IMG/VR virus record: IMGVR_UViG_3300035182_001152
Reading direction: 5' to 3' (one strand)
DNA length: 64,000 nucleotides
Source: a virus
Lineage: Duplodnaviria > Caudoviricetes
A program made the position numbers and the translations under genes. Shown in pieces: positions 1 through 9,377 of the stretch. The number at the start of each line of letters is the position of its first letter. Positions within the stretch are counted from its first letter, which is position 1. The notes beneath the pieces were generated by a model. It searched no databases, was not told the DNA's origin, and worked only from the letters and a program-made list of their open reading frames with translations.

Positions 1-3
1 GAT

Positions 4-207
4 ATGTCAGAAAACCTAAGTACAAAAACGACGACATCCCCTGCGGTTCCGAATGTGAACCCAGGAGACCCAATTACGTCTACCACGTTTGAAGCAATGC
101 TGAACGTGTTGAACGAACTCGTGAACCACACTCACATTTTCTACGACGACTACAGCACTGCGTGCAACTGTAACTGCAACTGCGCCTGTTCACGCGGCAT
201 CCTCTAA
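4..207 (+). CDS. Cys-rich putative RiPP precursor / radical SAM substrate peptide (67 aa)
   Basis: Leader-like N-terminus with HTH motif, C-terminal core DDYSTACNCNCNCACSRGIL; directly upstream of rSAM operon. Confidence 0.75.
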   Translation: MSENLSTKTTTSPAVPNVNPGDPITSTTFEAMLNVLNELVNHTHIFYDDYSTACNCNCNCACSRGIL

Positions 208-225
208 CAGAGGCGTTATAACCAT

Positions 226-1122
226 ATGAAATACATCCTTGTTCGCCAAGGAGGTAATCGTGCTTCTGCCTTCTCAGACATCGTTGAGCAGGTCAATTAT
301 CAAGACGTACCCCAGGTTGGCTTCTACACGCAAGTAGCACCGAGTATGCGGTTAATTCGTAACCGCACTACCGACAATCACGATTCCCCCTTTGCGATTG
401 CCCGATTCCACGTCGACCCAGCACTGAAGGTCCAGCCTCCGTCACACTTTCGTCGAATTGACATGAGGGCTGTCGAACGGATGATGACAAACCACAAGTA
501 CGTGATATACGGTGTCGTCAATCCAACTCACCACGTAATTGATCACACAGTCCTTGACGGTGCTGTGTACGTCGCGCGGGATGCTGACGGTAAGTTGATC
601 AATGCCCAAACAGGAGATGTCCTTGGTGACTCCAAGGTAACGTTTATGACGGTGTTCTTTGCGTTTGTGCGCGTCAAGGGGTTGCCGATCTATCTGATGG
701 TACTCAATCCAAATCTACTCAGTGCGACGGATGGGTTTGATTGTTATCACGAAGAAACGGACACCAAGTGGATCATGTTGCCGGAACGTGACAACGCGCT
801 GATCGAGCGAGTGTTTACGCCGCAAATATATGACGGCACGTTGATTGGTAATGTGATTGTGCGCGATGAGGGTGATGGACAGCCGATGATCCAACTGTTC
901 AACGATCCATGCGGCATCCTGTACGACGAAAAGCACCTTCGCTCTGATGTGTTCATTAACGGTGTCGCAACGATTGATACCAATCTAAGCGTGTTTACAA
1001 TGGACGGCGCTGTCCGCATTAGCAGTCAAGGCCGTGGGTACGTTCGAATTGTATTTGACCTTGGTGACTACTTCAATCTGTCACGGACCGAACACCCTGC
1101 ACTGGAGTACGTCGTACTATGA
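226..1122 (+). CDS. Hypothetical protein in rSAM operon (298 aa)
   Basis: Long ORF, ATGA overlap with next gene; no family recognised. Confidence 0.8.
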   Translation: MKYILVRQGGNRASAFSDIVEQVNYQDVPQVGFYTQVAPSMRLIRNRTTDNHDSPFAIARFHVDPALKVQPPSHFRRIDMRAVERMMTNHKYVIYGVVNPTHHVIDHTVLDGAVYVARDADGKLINAQTGDVLGDSKVTFMTVFFAFVRVKGLPIYLMVLNPNLLSATDGFDCYHEETDTKWIMLPERDNALIERVFTPQIYDGTLIGNVIVRDEGDGQPMIQLFNDPCGILYDEKHLRSDVFINGVATIDTNLSVFTMDGAVRISSQGRGYVRIVFDLGDYFNLSRTEHPALEYVVL

Positions 1123-2789
1123 GCACAGCTGTCATTAAGTTCTACCCAAAGCGAACACTAACGCAAGCCCAACAGCAACGGATTGTTGATCACCAACCTT
1201 CCGTGCGAATCAATGACGACGGCACATTTGATACGTCTGTCCGCACAATCATCACCCCAAAAGGCGATGTCAAGGAGGTGTCGTATAAGACGATTCGTCC
1301 AGGTGTGCACGAGCGAATGATGAAGACAGCTGACGTATATGACTTGTTTGAAGACCTTCAACACATGAACCTGATTGTCACAAACGCGTGTAACCTCAGT
1401 TGTTCCTACTGCTACGAGCAGCATAACAAAGATTACGGTCGATTCACAAACGAAAGCCTAAAACAGCTATACAACTTCCTCGTCGCGTGCAACCCAAACA
1501 GCGGCAAGCTGTTTCAGTTCTTTGGTGGCGAACCCCTGATCCACAAGCAGTTGATTCTCGATTTTATCGCCAAATATCGTGACGAACTGCAGGCAAACAG
1601 TAAGACAACTGCCGTTAGCATTATCACCAACGGTATTCTGTTAACGCCAGAATTCATCAACGAGTACTTTGCGAATGACTTCGTTTGTATGAGCGTTAGC
1701 CTCGATACGGATGATGCTGAGATTGATCACCGTGAGATTGGCCAGGCTCGGATCGACAAAATCATCAACATGATTGGTCTAATCCCCTCGTACCACAAAG
1801 ACAATCATATGGTTAGCGTCCGTTGCACGATCGCAATGGAGAATGCTCCGCGGCTAGTTGAGTTCGCCAAACGCTTGTATGACAAGGGTCTTCGAGCAAT
1901 GGTAATTCATCCGCTGACGATGAGTTCCGTTAACGGCCACATGATATGGAATACTGAAGATTGGAACAACCTCCACACTAGCGTTAGCCACATCATCAAG
2001 ACGCTGCCTAACTTCGAGGTTCAATTCTCAGAGGGTGTCGGTGCCAAGGGCGGCAACAACTGCATGGTTGGTTCTGACATGATCGCTGTTGACGCGTCGG
2101 GTGATTACTCCGGTTGCCATTTCTTCACAAACCAGAAGGAGGCGGCCGCTCATACGATCCTTGGTAACTTGCTGCTGGACCAAGTGTACGTTGACCGGTA
2201 CATGAAGTTCCAAGAAACGTACGACCAGATGTTCACATCGGAGCCACAATGTCAAGCCTGCGATCTCAAGGGTTTCTGCTACCAATGCCCTGCAGGCAAT
2301 TCTGATTCTGGTCGTGGCCAGCTGTTCCGGCCAGACGATATGTGCCAGAGCATTGTACGTCTGTTCCTCGAACTGCAGAATGACATCGTGCGCAAGACAT
2401 TCAACGCTAAGCTACAGGAGCTGATTGGTTCTGTACAGCAGTACGGTGAACACTATGTGTTCAGTAAGGCAATTGTACACCTCCACCACTTCTACAAGAA
2501 TGGTCAGCATGCCACTGACGTTCAAGTTGATCCCAACCTCCCATACGAATACCTCGCCGCCGGTTTTATGGCAACAATTACCGGTGGCGACGCTAGCGTT
2601 CCGGTTGACATCAAGAGTTTGTATGAGGCGTTGATGCGCAGTAAGGGCAAACCAGTTAACGCGAGTATGGCACAGGGTACAGCTGATGACATCAACAAGC
2701 GTATCTTCTACCTAGCCCTACTACACATGGTTGTGCTGAACAAGAAGGGTGATGACTTGTCAAAACCGCACAAAATCATTAAGCTGTAA
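1119..2789 (+). CDS. Radical SAM/SPASM maturase
   Basis: CNLSCSYC, GGEP, ITNG, VSLD; SPASM Cys set CMVG..DASGDYSGC and CQACDLKGFCYQC..C. Confidence 0.93.
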   Translation: MSTAVIKFYPKRTLTQAQQQRIVDHQPSVRINDDGTFDTSVRTIITPKGDVKEVSYKTIRPGVHERMMKTADVYDLFEDLQHMNLIVTNACNLSCSYCYEQHNKDYGRFTNESLKQLYNFLVACNPNSGKLFQFFGGEPLIHKQLILDFIAKYRDELQANSKTTAVSIITNGILLTPEFINEYFANDFVCMSVSLDTDDAEIDHREIGQARIDKIINMIGLIPSYHKDNHMVSVRCTIAMENAPRLVEFAKRLYDKGLRAMVIHPLTMSSVNGHMIWNTEDWNNLHTSVSHIIKTLPNFEVQFSEGVGAKGGNNCMVGSDMIAVDASGDYSGCHFFTNQKEAAAHTILGNLLLDQVYVDRYMKFQETYDQMFTSEPQCQACDLKGFCYQCPAGNSDSGRGQLFRPDDMCQSIVRLFLELQNDIVRKTFNAKLQELIGSVQQYGEHYVFSKAIVHLHHFYKNGQHATDVQVDPNLPYEYLAAGFMATITGGDASVPVDIKSLYEALMRSKGKPVNASMAQGTADDINKRIFYLALLHMVVLNKKGDDLSKPHKIIKL

Positions 2790-3577
2790 TGATGAAAACA
2801 ACACACATTGCATTTTACCAAGACGCTCTGTACGACTGTCCTCTTCTCCGTGGTCAGGTGCTAACCGATATCGACGACCTGCGACTGTTCATGGAATATC
2901 ACGCATTCGCAGTGTGGGATTTCATGTCGCTGATCAAATCGCTCCAGAACCATATTGTACCGTCGGGCAATGTGTGGCTTCCGTCACCCGAATCGACAGC
3001 TGTTGGTCGATTGATCAACGAAATTGTCCTGTGCGAGGAAACAGACGACAACCTCGGCGGTGGTCATATTAGCCACTTCGATCTGTACATCACTGCGATG
3101 AATGAAGTTGGCGCCAACACAAAGCCGATCCTGTCATTCATCAACAAACTGCGAACCAATCGCAAGCTCAGCTTAAACCAGTTGCTGCTAGAACTCCCTC
3201 TGCCAGCACGGAAGTTCTGTGAGAGTACTTTTGCAGTAATTGCTACCGATCAACCCCATAAGATTGCCGGGGCGTTCGCCTTTGGTCGCGAACGGGTAAT
3301 CCCGTCAATGTTCACGCAGATCCTCTCTCAGATGGAGGCCACTGGAATCCAAGCACCAAAGTTCAAGTACTACCTTGAGCGTCACATTGACGTTGACGGG
3401 AACGCACACGGCCCAGCTGCGCTTGATATGGTTGATTATCTGTGTGGGGATGACCCAGTCAAGCACCTGGAAGCGGAACGAGCTGCATTGGATGCAATCC
3501 ACGCTCGGATCACGCTATGGAAGGACGTACAGCGAGTGATTGAAGACGTCAAGCGTGTCAAGTTTGGAGCAGCATGA
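2789..3577 (+). CDS. DUF3050 family heme-oxygenase-like (putative diiron) oxidase
   Basis: Motifs FMEYHAFAVWDFMSLIKSLQ, EIVLCEETD, SHFDLY, FGRE, YYLERHIDVDG..HGP. Confidence 0.85.
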   Translation: MMKTTHIAFYQDALYDCPLLRGQVLTDIDDLRLFMEYHAFAVWDFMSLIKSLQNHIVPSGNVWLPSPESTAVGRLINEIVLCEETDDNLGGGHISHFDLYITAMNEVGANTKPILSFINKLRTNRKLSLNQLLLELPLPARKFCESTFAVIATDQPHKIAGAFAFGRERVIPSMFTQILSQMEATGIQAPKFKYYLERHIDVDGNAHGPAALDMVDYLCGDDPVKHLEAERAALDAIHARITLWKDVQRVIEDVKRVKFGAA

Positions 3578-4647
3578 CGACACCAACACTCTCCGGATGC
3601 AAGAATATCAGCATCTACCTCGGCAATGTTTGCAACTTCAATTGCACATATTGTGACAGAGACTACATCAAGGAGTCGATCGGTGGTCAACATATGACCA
3701 CCGAGGATATTCCAAAGATCGTTGAGTTCCTCCAAGCTTCTGGTATAGCTGACAACCCCCCGGAAATGTTTAGCTTCCATGGTGGTGAGCCGTTCACATA
3801 CGTCAAGATCATGGACAAAATCATGGACGCAGTAACGTCAGCTGTCCCTGGCGACTATCCGCTATACATTCAAACGAATGGTAGCCAGATGCTTCAGCAT
3901 CGATGGTTCTTTGAGAAGTGGGGTAGTCGCCTTGAGATTAGCATCAGCTACGACTTCTTGTACCAAGACATTAACCGCACCCTGTTTGAGATCAACCCTA
4001 CGCTGGAAATGTTGAACCAGAACGGTGTTCGTGGAATCCAGTTCCAATACGTGATGCCAATCTCTAATCCGAAGGTGTTTAGCCTATCAGCATTGAAGGC
4101 GATCACTAACTTGTGCCACAAGAACGGTGTCAAACGGGTTAACCTAATCCCACTGCGGCACATTCGGGGCAAAGACAAGTTCAAGGTGATCCTTGACGAC
4201 CTTGATATTCCACAGTTCTTCGATGCGTTCATCAAGTTCATCCACATGCTGTATGTGATGAACATTGACGTTACAGTTGATGGTCACGGTGTTGGATTTG
4301 ACAAGCACTATTTCTACAACCATAAGTTAATGGTGTTGTCACCAGATGGTAACATCTATCCCGAATACGACTTCCTCGAATACAAGCGCGAAGAGACGAT
4401 CATCGGTCAGTGGCGAGAGCAGCAAGTTATCGAGCGTGTCCGTGATAATGAAGATGACATGCTGCAACCGAAGTGTGTTACGTGCCCATCCCGCCCACTG
4501 TGTGGGCTAAAGTACTTACATGGGATGTTTGGTACTGACCCAGCAACGGATAAGTGTGCGCAGTTCTATCAGATGCTGATGGTTACGATCCAGCACGCAC
4601 AAAAACTAAAACAACAACCAAGCTTCTTGCATTGGGTCGGAATATGA
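3574..4647 (+). CDS. Radical SAM protein with partial SPASM
   Basis: CNFNCTYC, HGGEP, QTNG; C-terminal CVTCPSRPLC..C; DGNIYPE instead of DGxxYPC. Confidence 0.9.
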   Translation: MTTPTLSGCKNISIYLGNVCNFNCTYCDRDYIKESIGGQHMTTEDIPKIVEFLQASGIADNPPEMFSFHGGEPFTYVKIMDKIMDAVTSAVPGDYPLYIQTNGSQMLQHRWFFEKWGSRLEISISYDFLYQDINRTLFEINPTLEMLNQNGVRGIQFQYVMPISNPKVFSLSALKAITNLCHKNGVKRVNLIPLRHIRGKDKFKVILDDLDIPQFFDAFIKFIHMLYVMNIDVTVDGHGVGFDKHYFYNHKLMVLSPDGNIYPEYDFLEYKREETIIGQWREQQVIERVRDNEDDMLQPKCVTCPSRPLCGLKYLHGMFGTDPATDKCAQFYQMLMVTIQHAQKLKQQPSFLHWVGI

Positions 4648-5828
4648 CAACAGAACAACGGCACTTCACACCCAGTGTACAGAACGTAACGAACTTCAAG
4701 GAATACTTCCTACAGTACGACGGGTTGAATCACGTCAGCCAAGAGCTTGGCTTTTCCCTGTTTAAGCGGTACACGTGTAAAGCAGGATGCAAGATGTGTT
4801 ACTTGCAGAACGACTGGATCGCTGACGAAGACTTCGGTATCTTCATTCCAAAGGAAATTGACGATCACACTGAAGCTCGCCTTTTGTCATTCTTTGAAGC
4901 GTTTTCTGACGTCGGCACGTATGATGATTTGGCATATTTGAAACGAGCGCACCCACACCTGTATGAGTTCTACAAGAAGCACAGCCACCGCCTCGTTAAT
5001 ACATCAATGTCAGACACCGCTTTCATTCAGCAGTACCCACTGCTGATGAATGAGCTCAACTTCAAGGGAATCTACGAGATTACGTTTAGTGATGTGTTCC
5101 TAAACAAAAAGAGTGGTGGCTTAGCGCATGATATAGTCAATATGCTGAAGCCTCTCCACGCAAAGATGCCCCTGCTAAAGATCAAGGTTGTACGAATCAC
5201 ACAGGAAGGTGAGAAGTCTGATGCCGTCAAGAAGGTCGTCGACTATGCACACAGTATTGGCATAGCAGTTGGCCTGCAAGACGATATCGTCAAGGGCGAC
5301 AACAACAAGTTGAGCCTTGATGTTGCTGACTACCAAGAGCTGAATTATTTCGCTCAAGGGTCTGAGCCGATGCAGGTCCTATCAGAGATTACCTACCTGC
5401 AATACACGTCGTCGTTTATGACCCTGACCGACACAGTATCGCCAACAAGTGTTCCATTCTTTGATGTATTGTCAACGGACGACATCAGCGTATTCCTGTA
5501 CAACTCCTTAGATGCTAAGTTAAAGACGTACACCCGATACACCAAGGAAATGGATAACACATGCGGCAACAAGCTGTTCGACTACTTTGCGTACGTATCA
5601 ACGTCGGTTGTGCTACATCCAAAGTTTAACTTCATCCCCCGGATGTCGCTGAAGCCGTGGACGGCAATGTACCATAAGCTGATAGCTCAGGGTTGGACGG
5701 AGACCAAGCTTGGTCTGTATCGACCGAACGGTGAGCCAGTGACACCAATCTTTACGATCAGCACAAAGCCAAAGCAGAAAATCTATCACATCCCAATCAA
5801 GTGCACTCCTGTAGGAGCAACTGTATGA
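4644..5828 (+). CDS. Divergent radical SAM-like protein
   Basis: CKAGCKMC motif; start moved to ATG 4644 (ATGA overlap); no SPASM Cys set. Confidence 0.7.
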   Translation: MTTEQRHFTPSVQNVTNFKEYFLQYDGLNHVSQELGFSLFKRYTCKAGCKMCYLQNDWIADEDFGIFIPKEIDDHTEARLLSFFEAFSDVGTYDDLAYLKRAHPHLYEFYKKHSHRLVNTSMSDTAFIQQYPLLMNELNFKGIYEITFSDVFLNKKSGGLAHDIVNMLKPLHAKMPLLKIKVVRITQEGEKSDAVKKVVDYAHSIGIAVGLQDDIVKGDNNKLSLDVADYQELNYFAQGSEPMQVLSEITYLQYTSSFMTLTDTVSPTSVPFFDVLSTDDISVFLYNSLDAKLKTYTRYTKEMDNTCGNKLFDYFAYVSTSVVLHPKFNFIPRMSLKPWTAMYHKLIAQGWTETKLGLYRPNGEPVTPIFTISTKPKQKIYHIPIKCTPVGATV

Positions 5829-7111
5829 GTCTGACCAAATTTGAGATCGTTCGCACAGGCGAACATTTCTACTACAACAACGAGAACAACGGCTTGCTGG
5901 ACGCCAACGGTAACAGCCTTAGCCGTGCTTTTGTACCCCCAGCTGATTGGAATCAGCTGGAAGACCGATTCGGTCGCACAGATGTTGTCAAGAACCCCGA
6001 AACAATCAAGATCACCCTGGGGCACGGTTGCAATTACAGTTGTGGCTACTGCATGCAAAAGGACATTGGCAATCCCGACGAGCGACCGGTCAATGGTCTA
6101 ACACCAATGCTGATCAGCAAGATCCGCCGCCACCTGGATCTGTCTGAGACGACACGGATTGAACTGTGGGGCGGTGAAACGCTACTGTATTGGAAAGACA
6201 TGATGCCGATCATGGAAGAATTTGATCGTGAGGGAGTTACTTGGTACATCCCAACCAATGGTACTCCCCTGATGCACAAGCACATTGACTTCTTCATGAG
6301 GTTGAAGGGCAGGGTTGCAATGGGGATCTCTCATGATGGGCCTGCGCATGAGATTACGCGAGGCAAGGAGTTCCTGCACAAGAAGGTTGACGTGTTCAAG
6401 CGGATCGAAACGGAGTGTGGTGAGCAGGTACAGTACAGCTTCAACCCCGTTATCAGTCGTACAAATTACGATCTGTTCGAGATCAACGACTTCTTTGTTC
6501 GATTCTTTGACGAGCACAGCTTGAAGTACAAACAGCTGAGTTTCGAACTCGGGCGCGTGTACGACGAGACGATGGCAAAGAACTCAACGCACCACGTGAT
6601 CAATGGTGAGCATATCCCAGCGTATAGGGACGTTCTGACGCGATACATGGATGCTCATATTGAGCAATTCCAACGGCTTGGTGGGGTTACACAAGCTCCC
6701 CTACTGGCGAACAATCTGTTCCATACAGGCATGGGCGTTCTCCCGTATGTGCGTTCGCTGCAGGAGCAAAAGGTTCCCTTGTTGAAGACGAACTGCGGGG
6801 TGGACGACAGTCGGTTGATGAGCATGGACACGATGGGCAACGTCCGCACCTGCCAAAACACCGACGAATCGTACAATGGCGGCAACTTGATGTACATCAA
6901 GGGCATTCGAATCCAACGTGTTGATCTCAATCGTGATGCACACTGTGGGTCATGTGAAGTCCGTCGTCTCTGCAAGAGCTCATGCCCACTTGACCTCGGA
7001 TCGGCAACGTTCCAAACCAATTGTGCTGTTGAGAAGACGCACTACCGGGCGATCCAGTTGGCTGCATTCAAGTTGTTGTTTGACAGTGAGATTCGCATGA
7101 TTGGCCAGTGA
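5825..7111 (+). CDS. Radical SAM/SPASM maturase
   Basis: CNYSCGYC, WGGE, PTNG, ISHDG; CGV..DTMGNVRTC and CGSCEVRRLCKSSC..C; start 5825 by ATGA overlap. Confidence 0.93.
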   Translation: MSLTKFEIVRTGEHFYYNNENNGLLDANGNSLSRAFVPPADWNQLEDRFGRTDVVKNPETIKITLGHGCNYSCGYCMQKDIGNPDERPVNGLTPMLISKIRRHLDLSETTRIELWGGETLLYWKDMMPIMEEFDREGVTWYIPTNGTPLMHKHIDFFMRLKGRVAMGISHDGPAHEITRGKEFLHKKVDVFKRIETECGEQVQYSFNPVISRTNYDLFEINDFFVRFFDEHSLKYKQLSFELGRVYDETMAKNSTHHVINGEHIPAYRDVLTRYMDAHIEQFQRLGGVTQAPLLANNLFHTGMGVLPYVRSLQEQKVPLLKTNCGVDDSRLMSMDTMGNVRTCQNTDESYNGGNLMYIKGIRIQRVDLNRDAHCGSCEVRRLCKSSCPLDLGSATFQTNCAVEKTHYRAIQLAAFKLLFDSEIRMIGQ

Positions 7112-7140
7112 TGTCTGACGGAGAGCGGATGTGCAAACCC

Positions 7141-7147
7141 ATAAATA
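7141..7147 (+). promoter_or_regulatory. T4-like late promoter (ATAAATA)
   Basis: Matches TATAAATA core 34 nt upstream of structural gene; same motif precedes other late-type genes. Confidence 0.6.
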
Positions 7148-7180
7148 CTCACACATCCATCTCACGGAGTTAGGCATACA

Positions 7181-8992
7181 ATGACCAATTACGTATTCAA
7201 GCACAGCGACCCTGCAGCAGGTTCGTTTCTAGTTCAAGCAGACCAGATCGACGGTACGTCGCGTCCTGGTAATGCGGCATTGTACATCAACCCCGTCTCA
7301 GGCCTCTCTGCAATCTCAGCCAATTCCTCTCTCGTCTTCGCTGGACAGGGAATTGTTGACTACGGCGAACTAGTGCAGAACAATCTGATCTACTTGATGG
7401 AGCACTTTGCCTATGCAACACGCCCTCTAAAGCCTGTACAGGGTCAGATTTGGTACAAAAACGCAGCAGGTGTAGACCCGTCCTTCCCGAGCGACCCATC
7501 TTCGGTCGGTCTTTATCTGTGGACAGGATCACTCTGGACGCCGATCATTACTGGTGCAGGCGGCGTACTTGACATGGGCGGCGCTCGTGTAGCTAACGTT
7601 GGAGATGCAATATCCGCCGGTGACGCAGTTAGCCGTGGCTACGCAGATGCACGCTACTTGCAGCTGTCTGGCGGCACAATGACCGGTGCAGTTATGGTTG
7701 CATCAGGCAACTGGACATTTAATTCCGGCGTTTCTCTGTCAGTGACAAACGCTCCGACAACCAGTTTGCATGTTGCCAATAAGGCATACGTAGACGCTGC
7801 TTCTGCCACGTCTGCCGGCCTAGTTTCTACTGAAGCTACTACCCGCGCAGCAGCTGATAGCGCACTTTCGTCCAGCATCTCTACGATCAACTCACAACTG
7901 CCAAACTTTGTTCAAGTTACTGGCGATACGATGACAGGCACACTGTCGATCGACTCTGGCGGTGGTATCGTTGCCCTCAACGGTTCCGGCACTATTAGTT
8001 TTGGCTCTCGTCGCTTGCAGCTCGTCGGAGACCCTATTCTAAACACTGACGCGGCAAACCGAATCTACGTTGATACAGCGATCGCTACGGCAATTGCGGG
8101 CGTTGGCGCTGGATCTAGTGATGGTGTAGTTGTTAGTGGTGACTTGAATTCATCAACTGGCGTGTTGACTCTTCAGCGCAGCATGGGTCTCTCAGACGTG
8201 GTTGTAGTCGGCTCGTTCGCTCCATTCTCACACGCCCACCCTGCGACCGCGGTTACATACGATCTGTCGTACGTGTATCCACAAAGCTACTTGACGACGT
8301 CGGAAGTAGGTGACACAGGCTTCCCCAATGTCCAACTGCAAGACATTATTCGCACAATTGACCAAAATTTGACGACATTGAACCGTTGCGTTGTTCGCAA
8401 ATTGGCCGTCGGCGACGGCATAACTACTACATATTCCGTAGGCGCTGTTGGTACCTACACTGTGGGAGATAATCGTCTGCAGGTGTTTGTTGATGGTGTC
8501 AAACAGTACGCTAGTGAGCACGGGATCAGCACTGTTGTATTCACAGATACGGGTATTGGATATCGATCAGTAATCCCAGGCGTCACGGGTGCGCCTCTCG
8601 TGTTCAACATCGCAGTGGACAGTGGTCCTCCAACAACTGTTTCAATTCCAACAGGGGCGGGATACACGTACTTGCAGTATTTCATTGACCTGCAGGCTGC
8701 TTTTAGTACACTGTCTATCCCTGCACAAGTTCGTGCGGACCAATTCTTTGACCGCATTGAGTTGTACTTTGTGTCCAACACTTCAGGTGCAGGATCTAGT
8801 GTATTAGTATCAAACACAGCAGGCCAAGCTTTTACTGTGATTACCACAGCGTCTGCGCCTGTTAACACGTCTGTGACAACGTCATACTCCTACAGCGAAG
8901 TCGGCAACCCTGGTGCAGATTCAACCTCCATCACATTCAACGTAGCACCTGATGCGGGTTCTGTTGTTGAATTTCTAACCTTCCCTGCTTAA
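7181..8992 (+). CDS. Virion structural / tail fibre-like protein
   Basis: N-terminal DYGELVQNNLIYLMEHFA..QGQIWY motif typical of large-phage virion proteins; three DAxxxxYVD-type repeats; Gly/Thr/Ser-rich. Confidence 0.75.
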   Translation: MTNYVFKHSDPAAGSFLVQADQIDGTSRPGNAALYINPVSGLSAISANSSLVFAGQGIVDYGELVQNNLIYLMEHFAYATRPLKPVQGQIWYKNAAGVDPSFPSDPSSVGLYLWTGSLWTPIITGAGGVLDMGGARVANVGDAISAGDAVSRGYADARYLQLSGGTMTGAVMVASGNWTFNSGVSLSVTNAPTTSLHVANKAYVDAASATSAGLVSTEATTRAAADSALSSSISTINSQLPNFVQVTGDTMTGTLSIDSGGGIVALNGSGTISFGSRRLQLVGDPILNTDAANRIYVDTAIATAIAGVGAGSSDGVVVSGDLNSSTGVLTLQRSMGLSDVVVVGSFAPFSHAHPATAVTYDLSYVYPQSYLTTSEVGDTGFPNVQLQDIIRTIDQNLTTLNRCVVRKLAVGDGITTTYSVGAVGTYTVGDNRLQVFVDGVKQYASEHGISTVVFTDTGIGYRSVIPGVTGAPLVFNIAVDSGPPTTVSIPTGAGYTYLQYFIDLQAAFSTLSIPAQVRADQFFDRIELYFVSNTSGAGSSVLVSNTAGQAFTVITTASAPVNTSVTTSYSYSEVGNPGADSTSITFNVAPDAGSVVEFLTFPA

Positions 8993-8993
8993 T

Positions 8994-9377
8994 ATGCGAC
9001 CACAACACCGTCAGATGCTAGACACCATTAAGGCTCTCAGCAGTGAAATTATTCCTGATAACATGACGCGGCAAGAAGATCCAAAGGGCGTGATGGAATG
9101 CTCTCTGTATGCTGCCTTGTATCAGGGAATGTACAACGTTCCACTAGAGATGAACAAATTGATTGAATTCTACGACGAAACTGTCGAAGGATTCTACCAT
9201 ACGATCAATCCGTATATCCTGCTCGGCTGCGCCCTGGAAATCGTTGACAAGGATGTTGCACTGTCAGTACCTGAAGATATGTTCACATTCACTACACGTC
9301 TAATGGATATGTTTGGTCCTTCAATCACTGTTGATCAGTTTCTCTATGAGGTTAACCACGATGTCAACTACGTATAA
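8994..9377 (+). CDS. Hypothetical protein
   Basis: ORF packed in operon; no family recognised. Confidence 0.65.
   Translation: MRPQHRQMLDTIKALSSEIIPDNMTRQEDPKGVMECSLYAALYQGMYNVPLEMNKLIEFYDETVEGFYHTINPYILLGCALEIVDKDVALSVPEDMFTFTTRLMDMFGPSITVDQFLYEVNHDVNYV

Noticed and set aside
1119-7111. rSAM genes as QueE, NrdG or MoaA
   Set aside because: Lengths, SPASM Cys sets and linkage to a Cys-rich peptide do not fit these families; no NrdD or Moco genes nearby.
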